DNA from: Veleropilina oligotropha
Taxonomy: Eukaryota
DNA: 64,000 nucleotides
Reading direction: 5' to 3'
Assembly: GCA_048128005.1 (NCBI GenBank)
Contig: JBEUKZ010000065.1
Span: forward strand, 62,001-126,000
Under the pieces are notes generated by a model. It was not told the origin of the DNA. It saw nothing but the letters and a program-made list of their open reading frames with translations, and searched no databases. Positions within the stretch are counted from its first letter, which is position 1; each line of letters begins with the position of its first letter. Shown here in pieces: positions 50,501 through 64,000 of this stretch. Both the position numbers and the translations under genes were made by a program.

Positions 50501-52269
50501 TGAAATGGAGAGTTAACTATGACTGTGGTTACATTGGTGGGCATTAGGAACAGCTCTGCCTATTGTGCAAAGCTGATAAGGAAATCACAGTAGTATACAT
50601 ATCTACTAAATTAAGACTATTACCTTTCTTATTCTGTTTTATTTGAATACATTGTAGCATTAATTTCTTTTCATAAATACATTTGTTTCAGAAAGCAAAA
50701 TCCTTATTTACATATAGGAAGATTAAATTCCTATTTAATGACCTTCAAAGTATCTTCCACTATTTCATAATAATCCCCATGGTTTGTGTCAATCACTCTT
50801 GCTTTATGGTTAGAGACTGTTATAACTGGTGTTTTATGAATTATTTAGTGCTTAGGACATGCATAAATGTATCATAAACTTTTACAACATGTCATAAATC
50901 ATCGGGCAGGCCTCATGAATCATATGTTCCGGGGTCTGACGCTAGTCCAGGCAGGTTTGGAATAAGCTGACCCCTGTTCACCTCACCCTATCTCCTGCCT
51001 TAATGATCAAAGCGAATGTTTCTAGCCCCATAATGAATTCTCATGAAGGGAGCTGCCCTGGCTATCAGTATGACGAGTCTGCCAGCTGTCCCCCCACAGA
51101 CTATGTGGCTAATTATACCAGTAATCTCTAGTTCTTAGCAATGTTGGCTTGAAGGATTCATTGACAAATGACCCACACATGGGTTATCAAACAAATCATT
51201 TCTTAATATTTTATCCCATAAACCCTTTGCGTGGGTACTGATGCGTGTGATCTACGATACGATGATATCCCGATGATGGATGATCCAGAATAGTACGGCT
51301 CCGTTAACATGGGGACTTAAATCCGAAGAAAATATTAAAGCCTACCAAAAAGGGATTCACAAATCATAAACAGCACAGAATGAGATCGAACAAAGTACTA
51401 TCTCATAAAGTTTTTTCATTTTATTATCTGTAATGTGCATTTACTAAATGTTACAAGTCTGTTACCTATCTTTAATGTCGAAAATGGCATCATGGAAGCC
51501 AGTTACTTGTACACTCAAAATTTATTGTTGCCTACAAAAAGTATAAATTGCGCCTGTGTTCATATTAACACAACAAGGCCTGTATTGCTTTTGAATTTAG
51601 ACCCCACTGTGACTCATACAAGATCAAACTTCTGGAAAACGCGGAAGATCTATTCATAATAGTCTTCACCAGAACAACAGTAATAACACCCTCCACTACT
51701 GCTTTATACAAGTCTTTTTGTGGTTGGCTGGCGCTATAGCTAGCGTCCCTTTAAATCTCACTGTAATTAGGGCTGGGTTCAGTTTCCCCAGCAACTGGTA
51801 TGTTATCAAAAGTTATGATTGATGACTTCGGTGACAAAGAAAATCACCTACTGGGCAGCTGAATCGGCCCTTACCACTGACTCGCTAAAGAAACTGAACT
51901 GGGGCCAGCCATGACCCACCAAAAGTCATCAATCTGGATAGGGCTACTATCTCCCGCTGTAGTCGGGCCAGTCACACCACAGCGTGATTGATGACCAGTT
52001 TTTGTTTGTTTCCTTTTTTTTCTGAAAAATGAAACCAGCTAAACTGATTGTACCAGAACCTTGTACATTAAAATATAACTGCCCCGCATTGCTTGCGAGG
52101 GAAATGCTGTCTGCTGGACAATGCATTGTTAACACATTTATTTATCTCTAATCTTACACAAATAAGATGCATCTTCTAATTTATTACTTCACGGAAATAA
52201 GCAGCATCCAATAAAATAGAACCCCAATGTTATAAATTGAAACCGTATCGAGGTAAAAAGTGATAATAA

Positions 52270-52690
52270 TAAATCTTATTTTGCTTATGACGTTAATCCG
52301 CCGCTCTGATTGGATGACGTTAGTTACGTACCCTTATACCCCTCCTGTTTGATGTCATTTTCAAACATGAGTAGTACAAATAACTTATTACCCATGTCCT
52401 TGGAGATCGGGGAGGCTCGGCTCATTCCGTAAACTCGAATAACGTTGTCAGCTTCGTTAGATGTAAACATATAGGTAGATGGTTGCGGTTGTAAAATGTG
52501 ACAAACAACAATGTTAATTAATAGATAGGGAAAATATAATTCAAATTAAAATCAAGATAAATTCATTGTTCGAATCTTCGTCTTGGTAGTATACGGTACG
52601 TTGTACACCTATTGACGTTGAATACACCTATTAACGTCAAACGGTGTACAACATACCGTATACTACCGCGAAGTCGCTCGACAATTTATA
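52270..52690. mobile_element. Unclassified non-autonomous element related to 13497-13880
   Basis: ctgattgg.tgacg motif, aaaatcaagataaat, then palindrome ggtagtatacggta.gttgtacac...gtgtacaac.taccgtatactacc. Confidence 0.5.
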
Positions 52691-55120
52691 ATATGTTGAA
52701 AATTATACAAAAATTTACAGATAAATGGTGATAATCAGATGGTGAAAATTATACGGAATATTTATTTTCAATGTTCACTTTGTTGGGTTTTTTTTCAAAA
52801 TAATGACTTTAATTCTATCCAAAAATGCTTAAATTATTTGACTATCTGTGAAAAATAAATTACCAAATCAAGACATCTATAATCTGGTCATTAAAATAAA
52901 TTCAAATTCCTTTTTCCACATGTATAGTCGTGTTGAAAAGTACATGTATCCATTTAATTATTTCTACTAAAACATTAAAAAGTTACGACTACAAAACTGA
53001 CACATCTGGGCTGGGCTACACACCAAATACACAGCTGCTATCATCCAAACGAGATACAAATATTCAAATACAACATTTCAACAGGGAATAGACAACAAAA
53101 ACACATTTCAAACCAGGGTGGAGTGCTTTACAGCCTCGAATGAGAGGAGAGAAGGCTTTTCACTTGAATAAGCAAAGTTAAAAAGCCGCAGTTAATGAGA
53201 AAGTTCCACGCATTCCCCTGTCATATGATGATGGATGTCAGGGTTATGGCACACTGGCTCCGAGACAGAGGAGATCCCATAACAGTGGGCCCCATCCGGC
53301 CAGGGAACAGGTGAATCCCACTGATTAGGGTCAGATACAGAAGCACTTGCCTCTCATTGGAGATTAAATACAAAATTTAAATGCGGATTTTTATAACTAA
53401 TATTAGAATACAGTAGTATGTATATTTAATAGTAAAGCAAACCAAAGACTCAATGAAATGGAAATAAATTGGCATTTAAGGGACTCTAGGGCCTAGTGAC
53501 AATCTTTTCAACACTAATGACAATGCATGGTTGTTCTTTTTGTTAAGTACAAATATACTGAAAAAAGAACTTATCCTCAATAATCTATGAAATCTTCAGT
53601 ACCATACATATATCTGTCAACGTCGACGAATATGGATGAAGAGCGATGACATATTGTATCTTTCCCATTTGTTTGTCTGTTTGTCTGTTAGCAGGATCAT
53701 TCAAAAGGCTCTGCACAGATTTGGACGACCAATGAGCAAAGGCCGCAATTTTATATATTACCATCATTATTAAACTGGTAGTCCTCGTATGTTGTCTGTC
53801 ATTAGCTCTTGGCCCGCCATGTATTCAGTCACTCAATGTGAATTGGGCAGGATTTGTTGCCACCAGAGGCCAAAGAGTTAAACTAACTTTTTACTTTCCG
53901 TCTGACCGACATTAGGCCTTCATGCCCAGTCAATATTCACCCAGATTCGTGCTGCCGTGCTGCCATCGGGTCCAGCTCATTAGTGGTGGCAAATATATCC
54001 TGATATATCTTTCAAGACAATGTCTGCCAATTACTGTGAAGGTCAGAACAGTTCCCTGGATACGGGCATGCTGACAAGCAGGGGGCTCCACACACCAACC
54101 AGATATGCAGAAATGGCAGTAATTAATAGGAAAATATTTGATTAGGTCCTGCTGACAGCGGCTGTAGCTGACAGTTCTTATTATGAAGTCGATTGAGGAC
54201 AGAGACGAGTGCATCCATCGCAGACAACTACAGCGGACACTCAATTTGGTATGATTTTCAATGCAAATTAACCTAAATGTACACTTCACTGACACCAATA
54301 TGAAAATAATTAATTAACAATATGATGCTAATATTGTTATTCTTCGGAGCAACGAGGTTATTTTGATGATGCACCTGCTTTTTAGAGGCCATCGTGACAT
54401 CATACAGACTACAGCCCCACCTCGAACGATCCTAGACCATCAACGCATCATACGAACTGAGGTCATATATATAATGCCCTATTAATTAAGTTTACTTACA
54501 TACACTGCTATGATCGTAACATATGCAGAAACATGTTTTAATACTTATATTTATCTATTTACAATTTTTGTTCTATTGACATAGCACTCAATACAGTCAA
54601 ATAACCACTGGGTGTCAGTCCGCTAAATCATCTGCGATTATCCATTCAAATTACAGTACCAAGATAGATATAAAACTGCTTCTTATTTTTCCAGTAACTC
54701 AATTCTAAGTCAACATGTCCCCTATAGCTTCTCCAATACTGATAGGTCAGGCGCCGCTATCCGCTCCTAATCAGTCACACCTGCAGTTGGTCCGCGCACA
54801 AGTACACCGCATTTCGATTCATTCTACAATGTTATTTTACAAAACACAATTCTATCCAATCAACACCATGTTAATCTGACCCATAACCTATTAACTTGAC
54901 TTGACCTAAAAGCCAGTGGTCATTTTGTTGTGCCTAAGTCAAGCATAATAGCGATCTCAGCATGCAACAGTTGCCAATCACTGCGTTTTGTTGATCCAAA
55001 GTCGATCAGAAATTGCTGCTCAGCCCATATTAGAAGAATAATTGTCCTGAAATATTCTTGGAGAAAGCAGCACCAATCTTATCTTGGATTTTTATTGTGA
55101 CACTGTAAATGGTTTATTGT

Positions 55121-55254
55121 AGAACAATAATGAGCCAGCATTCCTGCAAGAACAATTCCTATTGGACCCCGCCATGATGGTCATACAGAACAATAATGAG
55201 CCAGCATTCCTGCAAGAACAATTCCTATTGGACCATGCCACGATGGTCATACAG
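55121..55254. repeat. 66-bp direct tandem duplication
   Basis: agaacaataatgagccagcattcctgcaagaacaattcctattggacc...gatggtcatac occurs twice. Confidence 0.9.
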
Positions 55255-56182
55255 ATTGACAACACCGATATAATCGGCCGATGTAATCAGTAAAACATAG
55301 TTCAGAATTGAAATTCAGCACTTCAAGTGACTTCTTATCAAGCTAGATTGCTACCTCACATTATGACATAATCTTTAGTGGTAAATTCATTCATAGACTA
55401 AAGAATGAATATCAGTGACACTTTGTCAAGACCAATTCCACATTAGTGGAATTTTAGACCAAAATAGCGATATGAGACTTAAAATGTGTCTATTTTCAAA
55501 CTTGGGGTGTATTTCTGGGCAGTGATTTATGACCCTAACATCAATAAGAAGTATATGAAGGTTCAGAGAATGAAAGGTTTTTTCGGAGAATGAAAGATAT
55601 CTGTCTCAAATAACTATCTCAAAATCGCAAACAAATTCCATAAATTATAATATGTCTACACAGTTTTCATTATCTAATTTTTAGCACAAATATCATGGAA
55701 ATGTTTGGAGTTCCTGGAATTTGACACATCTTGCCGATGTTGAATCACGTGATATACACCTATTATAAATGTTTCAATCTGAGGGATGGATAATCTTAAC
55801 TGTTGAAGCATGCTTTTGGAAGATCGCTTTATCAGTGGATGACTTTTTTAGTAATATCGACCAAAACTTGAAACAATCTTGAAAATGAAGACAAAGTAAT
55901 CAGAGTATTTTAGAGATATTTTCAATAAATTTATGTAAAAGTTTTAGCAAAGTTCATTTTCTTAAACTAGAAATTTCTATCTTTACAGAATATTTTCACT
56001 ACATTATACAGAACGTTTACGGCAAATAGTAGAAAATGTATCTGTAAAACTTATTGAGAATAAATACTAACATTTAAATGTATTTTCAAGTCTGCACGTC
56101 ACAGTAACTTAATAATTAGCACAGAACTAACTTTGTTTATAATTAATCATTTTCAGTCTCCACAACACACTATCATATAAAC

Positions 56183-57716
56183 CTGGGACTACTATAAGAG
56201 GGACTGGAAGCTCCGACCAATTAGCCGACTCGCCGTCAATAATGTGGTACTCGCTATTGTTCACGTGTTTACCGCACTGCGCATGTGCGTAGTAGGCTTT
56301 GGCTTTGTGACAAGACTATTTTATCCCCAATTAGGATCAATGCGGTAAATTATAACAGTTTTAATTCACAAAATACCCATTAAACACGAAATTCGATTAA
56401 CACAACATATGATAACAAATATATTTTTTTAATTATTTTAATTTGTACGGTATTCAAACTAAATATATTGCATAATTATTTAGAATAAATAAAATTAAAT
56501 TCAACCAATTATTGAAAGAGATCTATGTTAATCATTAAATAAATTGATTGGGCAATTAAAATAGAAATAAGTTCTTATGAATTTATCTTTATTACTGAAT
56601 CGGAACCATATAAATGACCCCAACTACTTTTCTAATGGTTATCAAAACAAACGTTTATATTCAATAGAGACAATAAAGGTAGCCACTAATTGCATTTCAT
56701 TCTATGTTTTGCTTTACATGTTGTTATAATGTACAAGCGGTCAGTAATTTGTCTGCTCAATAACAATGGGGACAACTTAAAGTTGGCACTATAATGAAGT
56801 ATTATTGAAACGGACCATGTTACCTGTTAGACACCTTTTGATAAGCTATTTTAAGACGTAAATAATTTAATTAAATCTTCCTTTTATTTCCCTGTACAAT
56901 AGCCGTGTCGATGTAATCGAGTGTAAATTAGAAAAAAGGTGAAAATATTCCATAATAAAATGCAACAAATAAAGAAGAGAGTCCATCACAAAATGAATAT
57001 CAACGCTTGACATATTTAAGAAAATTGGTCGTTTTAAAATGCAAATATGTGCTATAAATCTTCGTTATATTTCACTACGCAATAGATGATGAGTTCAAGC
57101 AATTGAATGAAAATAAAAAGATGGTGCAAATATCAAAAAGTATAATGTAACAGCTGGCGAGGGGAAGAGGTTGCAAAATCGAGTACTTTACACTGTGAAA
57201 ATATTAACGCTGAACATATTCAGGAAAAATTGTCATTTTTAATTGCAATTATACGATATAAATCTTCGTCAAATTTCACTTAACAATAGAAGAGTCGAAG
57301 CAATAGGATATAAATAAAATGATGGGCAAGATATTCAAAAGTAAAATGTAGCAGCTGACGAGGAGAAGAAGTTGTAAAATGTTATATTTTTCGATTCAAA
57401 AGTTTTCTCATAGACGCCATTTTGGATTTTCGTAAATAACCCATAACTTTCAATATCATAACACTTATCTATGCTTTTTTCACATAATTTTAACGATCTA
57501 AGCACATACACACAATCTACAATATATATAATATCTATTTATGTGCATACAGATGTCTGACAAATAGTAGCGAATACTAGTAGTTTATATGGGATTCATT
57601 TAGCAGGTTGTTGCTATGCTTATTAGATTGCAGGCGAACTCTCGCCTATTAACGCCGAGTATGTGATTTCAGCGCGATCTTTCAAGTTGCCAGTCCCTCT
57701 AGTATAGTAGTCCCAG
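56183..57716. mobile_element. Non-autonomous TIR DNA transposon with a 7-bp TSD
   Basis: TIRs CTGGGACTACTATA..AGAGGGACTGG / CCAGTCCCTCT..TATAGTAGTCCCAG, flanked by TATAAAC at 56176-56182 and 57717-57723. Confidence 0.8.
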
Positions 57717-60700
57717 TATAAACTTACTGGCATATACACAGGATACAATGGTTGTCAGCACCAGGAAAACCTCTGCGGCCATCTTGAATCACACAGGTTA
57801 CGCTCTGCATATACAGGGCATCATGGGTCCTGGGCTCAGCCAATCAGCAACAACAAGCACCTGCAAGAATAGACGAGATTAAGGTAACAATATTTATAAT
57901 CACAGTTACGTTTGGTAATGATTCTGCAATAGAATATGGTAGTAGACCTCTCATCAAACTTGCTATGGTCAACCATGACTGATTAATTCAAATTAAAGCC
58001 CCAAGGACTGATGAATTAAAATTTAGCCTTTGAACTAACAAAATAAACACATTTTTCATCATAGTGCAACCGTTAAATAAACTTTTTAGAAAATTTAATG
58101 ACTATTCATGACAATTAAATTTAAATTTAAAAGAAAACCTAACCACCTTATGGACTAGGAACACCAGATTAGGTTGAGTTGACAACTTTGTTTTACGACC
58201 CCTTTGGAAATTTTTCAGCCTTAACGCGGTCGGGACACCCGGTTTAAAGGTCTCACTCCGATCTGACCGACATACATTAGTGATATGCCATCTATTAATT
58301 TTTAGCCTTAGAATAAGCCAGACAGGAGCAGGCTTGAACCCACATCCTACCGTCCCACAACATTTTTCCGATGCTCTACCAGTTGAGCTATCGAGAATGG
58401 TTAAACACCCGACTAGGAGCCACTGCATAAGGTCTATTGGATTAGGTAAATTTGTGGTATGACAAACACTTTTAGTGTGCTTTGTGTCCTATTATTTTTT
58501 TCTCTTGTCACAAGTTGTGCTATTCTCGTTACTAGTCGATCGAGAAATAAAGACAGCCATGCACAGTTAATCATTAGAATCAATTTCCATTTAGTGCCAA
58601 ACAAATGGTAGATCAATAAATTAGCATGAACTATACTTTGACGCATCTTCTATGTTGTTTACCAATTTCCAAAACTCACAATTCGTACCCTATTGCAATG
58701 CAATCCAAGCCCGTGGTGACATGGCCCTCTAGGATTACACATCCTGTAAGGGACATGCTATCCATCTGTTTTTCAACACTGCAATCACGGCACAGACTTT
58801 ATTTTGACAGGCAGCAAAAAACTATCAGTTGGGAGAGTCATTGGATAGTTTGTTACATAGTAGGGTCACCTCTGAGAGCTGACTGCATGTACTGAAGGGT
58901 TTTCTCTGGAAACTAACCACACCACTAATAGCACGAGGCATGTTTGTGTATCATCTCACTTCAGTGGCTAATTAACAAGTATAACATCCTCGAGCATAAG
59001 GGTAACCTGACTAAACCGTCCCAATAGAGTTCTAATTCCAGGAAAAAACAGAAAATAAATAGTGATTCATGGAGTAATATTAAGGATACCAGAGATGGCA
59101 AAACTTTAAAATATCTTGCACCACCCGTGGCTTGAACTCATGGCATTTGAATTTGCACTAAGAATCTGTACCTACCACTGCCACTTCCATTTGGCGAATA
59201 CACGAAATATCTCCCTACTAATTGAAATCCCTAACATTTACGAACTAAACAGTGCAACAGTTTACCAAGAACAGTACATAAAAGTTAATTATTTATACTA
59301 GCAACTTATTTACTATCTGACCAATAAAATTCCCTTGTCGTCTTGTATGCATGTATATTGTTGTCGTAGTCAATTTTCGGTTTTGGAATGCATTTTCAGT
59401 CGTGCGAGAAATCTAACATGATTGGGTAAACCAACACCCTGCCTAACCTACCAATAATCCGCAGAATCGAAAACAGCTACGCATTTGGCATATTCTAGCC
59501 TACCAAGAACAGATGTTGGCAGCCCCAGTCTCGATACAAATAGTTGAGAGGTTGTCTTGGCAAAGCTAACCTTCAACATATGTAAAAACACAACCAGCGT
59601 TTCCTATCTGGCTTCAGTGGGGAACTCCAACTGAGAAGCGAGAGAGATTATTGGCTCGCATTCACGCGGCTCCAACTGCACTGTGTTTACTTGCTTCTTG
59701 TTAACAACCAACAAGGATTCGATTATAAAACACACTCTGTCATGACTGCGTTTTGTCTGTTGTCATTTGTATCGGGATGATCAATGCTATAACTGAAAAT
59801 CTACGGTTAAATTTTGAGATACACAAAAAAAGAAACACTTCTTACACATTGCCCTTTTAAAAAGTTGGATGTTTACTATTAATATATCTGAAAACTTCAT
59901 TATAAAAAAAACCGATAAAAAATAAAAATATAGTAGTAATGACATTGTCCAAGGAAGTTTATCTTAACTAAACATTGTTAATATTGGTTTCATTTCTCGT
60001 AAGGGTCCATTTATATCATTATTAACATTTATTTCAAAAGAAAATCCGTTATAAAAGGTCAGTCATTATCACTATGAACAATAACAATGACATTCGCCAA
60101 AGATAAATAACAACGTTGAGCACAGACAAACAAACTTCAAATTTTTTACAAACTTCAATTTTTTTATTTCATCAAAGTAACAACCAACTGTACCAATATA
60201 ACTGTTACTCTAGCATCCACTATCCCAAACCATCTGGGGACAATACTTGTGGACCAAGAACAACACAACAACAATACATCCACCACAGTAGTCAGGCCCA
60301 GCTGAGAGCAGGCACATTCTCATTGGTTAGACATGGTTGACATGGCAACTGGGGGTCAACAATTCCCTTGAGAGGAAGATCAAAGAACCCTGGGAGATTT
60401 ATGGGAAGCAGTCCACACCATCTTGTAAGGCCAGACTCATAAATTTTCTGGGTCCATTAACCTCAAAGTTACAACCTAGTACTTGACAGAATCTAAACAC
60501 TTGACAGAATATAAACACTGGAAGAAGCAATAAAGGGGGCAGATACAACATCATTATGGCATCACAGAGGGCCTGTTGCATCAAGTACAATAGCAGACCA
60601 TCAGAACCATTCACGGCCATTATGGGGTCAGGCGTGATAATGTTACAGGTATTGGGTACTATTGCAATAGCATCAATTAAAAGGATTGAGTACTTTCCAA

Positions 60701-61549
60701 GTCAGATATTGAAGTATAATAACATAACTTTTGAACGTAACTGAGTCGGTTTAATTCAACCATAGGAATTTAATTTAAGACTTGAATCTCACTGTGCCAT
60801 TGTGGCGCATGTCAAATAAATGCATGGAAAACTCAAATATCAATGAAATATTTGATTTGTGCTTTGTGTGTCAGATATTTGCTGATTTCAGCACAAGCAT
60901 GGCTATTCCACAAGTCTAAATATATACAGATATCGATACTATGTTCAGTAGCTGGAAAAGATGACTGCATACATGTTATAGTCATGCTTTTCATTTTCAA
61001 CCATTGAAATAAGGAGATGATCACAAGTGTGGAACCGCGTGCATAAAGTTTAGATTAAAAGGCTATATGTAAGAATTAAATGCCCATAAAGCACATACAC
61101 AACCAAATACTGCCCAAATTTCAAGGTAATTAACATATTTTATTTTTCCATAACTATTTTATTTTTGAAGCATGCAAAACATACCTACAAATGACGTATG
61201 GGCACAAAATTTCCCATACTCATAGACATCAGGTTAATTGTACTTCGTTTGAGTTATGTATGCATAGCCACTTCGTAAATTAAAACATGAGGTAAAATTC
61301 AACTTAACTGGTCAGAACTGTCAATACCTGGATTTAGATGAATGCTTTTCATGCTACCAGGGCAGAAGTGATTGACTTACAGAATGGTCAAATATAAAAA
61401 TAACAGTGCACAATTAAACAAGAGTTAAAGCTTGAAATGGCTCGAATGTGCATCAATCAATTATAGTCCATAAGTATTCAGAGCAGAATTTTCTAATTTC
61501 TAAGTCCAAAAGTGGAAATTTATAGGTAAATTTCAATTAAATGAAATTA

Positions 61550-61957
61550 AACTAGAGTTATCACAGGAGTGATCATATGCGTGACAAGTAGGTCGCGGTG
61601 ACCTACTTTTGGTACGCGACACACCTTTGTGTTATGACGCGTCCACACAGCAAATTTCGTGTCCTTAGGTCAAATAGTATGGGAGATATTGAGCGGAAGG
61701 GAATTTTGGACCAAGTGCGGTCAAATGTGAAAAGTAGGTCGCCGAGACCTACTTTCGGTACGAGACACTCCTTTGGGTTATGATGCAAGCACACATCAGA
61801 AATGTTAAAACATGCATATTGTTGCTTATATAGCATGATTGAGAAACTTTAACCAAAAACTTTAACAGGAGAACCAATTGTTGACCCCGGTCGGACGAAC
61901 GGCCAGACGACATGCTCATTACATAGACTCACATTTGCGTTGAATGCGAGCCAAAAA
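61550..61957. mobile_element. HINE-like element, family B
   Basis: aactagagttatcacaggagtgatc start and tttggtacgcgacacac cores shared with 33337-33920. Confidence 0.65.
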
Positions 61958-62308
61958 GGGCACTATAAATTAGCATCCAACTCAGCTGCTCATTAATGCA
62001 TGGGATATTCTGCTCATGCTGTCTTTGCAAATTCAGTAATTCCCTTACGATTTTTTTAATTTATTTAAAAATTCTCATTGATTGATAGGCAATCATTTAA
62101 GGAAAATTAAAGCAGACAGATTCCGTCTTGTCTTCGACAGTCTAAATCTCTCAACGAGTCGCTCATTCATAACAAACTACTGCGTCCTCAATACTTATTG
62201 ACAATTTAATAATATTTATTATTGCAATGGAATATTTATGATTTCCATAATTACCGCAATATATAACATGTCTCCGAACTCACTTCCGTCACTTTAATAT
62301 TTGCAGCT

Positions 62309-62497
62309 GCATTATGAATCCTACTGCCCTCTACTGAGAGTGCATCGTAGTGGTGCATTATGAATCCTACTGCCCTCTACTGAGAGTGCATCGTAGTGGT
62401 TCATTATGAATCCTACTGCCCTCTACTGAGAGTGCATCATAGTGGTTCATTATGAATCCTACTGCCCTCTACTGGGAGTGCATCGTAGTGGTTCATT
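62309..62497. repeat. 46-bp minisatellite, 4 copies
   Basis: cattatgaatcctactgccctctactgagagtgcatcgtagtggt(g/t) in tandem. Confidence 0.95.
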
Positions 62498-64000
62498 CAT
62501 CATAGCAGTTATGAATACTGGAGAAGTAACTTCTGCTAGGAGAATGCTGCTCCTGCCTGACAGCTTATAAACATTGAGATAGTCATAAAAAGATGGCAAT
62601 CGCGGTGCGAGGTCGAAACGGTGACGGGTTACTGCCGTTTTACGGCCTGTGTTCTCTCAGCCGTGCGCTGTTCCCATTGCTGACAATAATTTAATGGGAT
62701 TATGACATGCGATGTGCCAATATCGCGGCTGTGCTGGATTATCCCATATGTTAAGCCTGTAAGGATAACACTTCCAGTGCAGAATTAATGCACATTTGCA
62801 GATATACAATTAAAACGCAATATAAAAAGGATAAAAAATACATGGACGAAGACACAATCGCTATACACAAATTACAGACATCATGTGATTCTGTCATGGC
62901 AAAAAATAAAATTCATAACGAAAGCAGAGGTATGCAAATTTCACACAGCAGGAAATAAGTGATTGAAACAGGGTGAAAATTTAAGGCTTAGATGTCTGAT
63001 ACAGAATACTGTCTGAGGAGTGAAGACGTTTTTAAAACATTGTTCTTTTTGTAAATATGACAGTCGAAATTGATACACAAAGCCGTGATTACATATTCAT
63101 GAGTCACTAGCGACTAACTGAAGTAGTGGTCGCGCAAACAGATCGCATACAGCGAGTCAATACTAGAACAGCAGAGACAAACGGGGAGCATTCCTAAGGA
63201 AGACAGGGGCAAACAGTAACCCTGCTCCGCGAATCTAATCTGGCAGGCCCAGTTTCAATAAAAAACATGAGTGACAGAAGACGGCTGGCAGGGACAGCCG
63301 ATTTCAGTCACATTCTGACAGCCACAAGGAGCACTGGAACATGGTGAAACCCAACACTCGGGCAGTGTAGCAACGTGTGGATCACAACTCTCAGGGCTGA
63401 ATGAGGCAGTGGAAGAACAAAGCAAGATACAACATCGCGCAACCACCACCCTTTAATAAATGACGCTTATCGTGAACAACATTTAATCACATCGCCGTTT
63501 CATACATATGAAAAATAACAAATTCATCTGATCTTGCAAAAATTTGAGATACGTTATCTAATCATACCTAATATATTAAATGGAAACTGTTTAACAGGAT
63601 ATCAAGTTTTCCAAATGTTTGTGTGAATGAAACACAAATAACCCAAATCAAATACATATTTTAACATTGAAATCATACCATAAATCACTCCACAGTGAAG
63701 TCATACCATAAATACCTCCAACAACATCAGAGGTTACTGCATCACGTGATATAGATAGGGTTTAAGTACGTTGAGTGATATTTTATAGGAGTAACCATTC
63801 ATGTAATGTTTCATTAAAGTAAAGAGCAAAGAATGTATCCTTCTTCTGTCAGTCAGTGACAACGAGTAGATTTAGCCGCATATCGCTCATCTTTGTGACT
63901 ATCTTCGCTGGTTCAGGCAACCAATGAACTCCTGCCGTCAGACGACACCGGTACACCTGGGCTATACAGTAGAATTGCTCCACATCCCGTGTATAAGAAT

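Noticed and set aside
51911..51921. Gli/Ci binding site suggesting Hedgehog feedback
   Set aside because: GACCCACCA does not match the GACCACCCA consensus, and a single near-match is expected by chance.
63255..63449. Cys-rich ORF as a signal-peptide exon
   Set aside because: Starts at GTG rather than ATG and lacks a convincing donor.

Overview
Eukaryotic, AT-rich animal DNA. The repeat content suggests a lophotrochozoan, probably a mollusc (inference). Two genes face each other tail-to-tail. On the + strand, 179-319 is the last coding exon of PDSS1 (decaprenyl-diphosphate synthase subunit 1). On the - strand, I assembled by hand a 17-exon partial gene (43657 to 12402) for a Hedgehog co-receptor of the Ihog/Boi/CDON/BOC family. 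All its introns are GT-AG and phase-compatible, giving about 1050 aa: 5 Ig domains, a poly-lysine linker, 2 FN3 domains, a transmembrane helix and a cytoplasmic tail. I could not confidently find the signal-peptide exon, so a first intron longer than 20 kb is likely. Introns and intergenic DNA carry Helentron-type (HINE-like) elements with internal tandem cores, some nested, plus tRNA-derived SINEs, TIR MITEs, a long foldback, a truncated Penelope-like element with hammerhead-like termini, and many minisatellites. The most unusual observations are a 40-bp minisatellite that multiplies an exon end and its splice donor seven times, smaller splice-site duplications at two other exons, and the 5 Ig + 2 FN3 architecture with a skippable fifth Ig exon. 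Most ORF-track entries are repeat or antisense artefacts.
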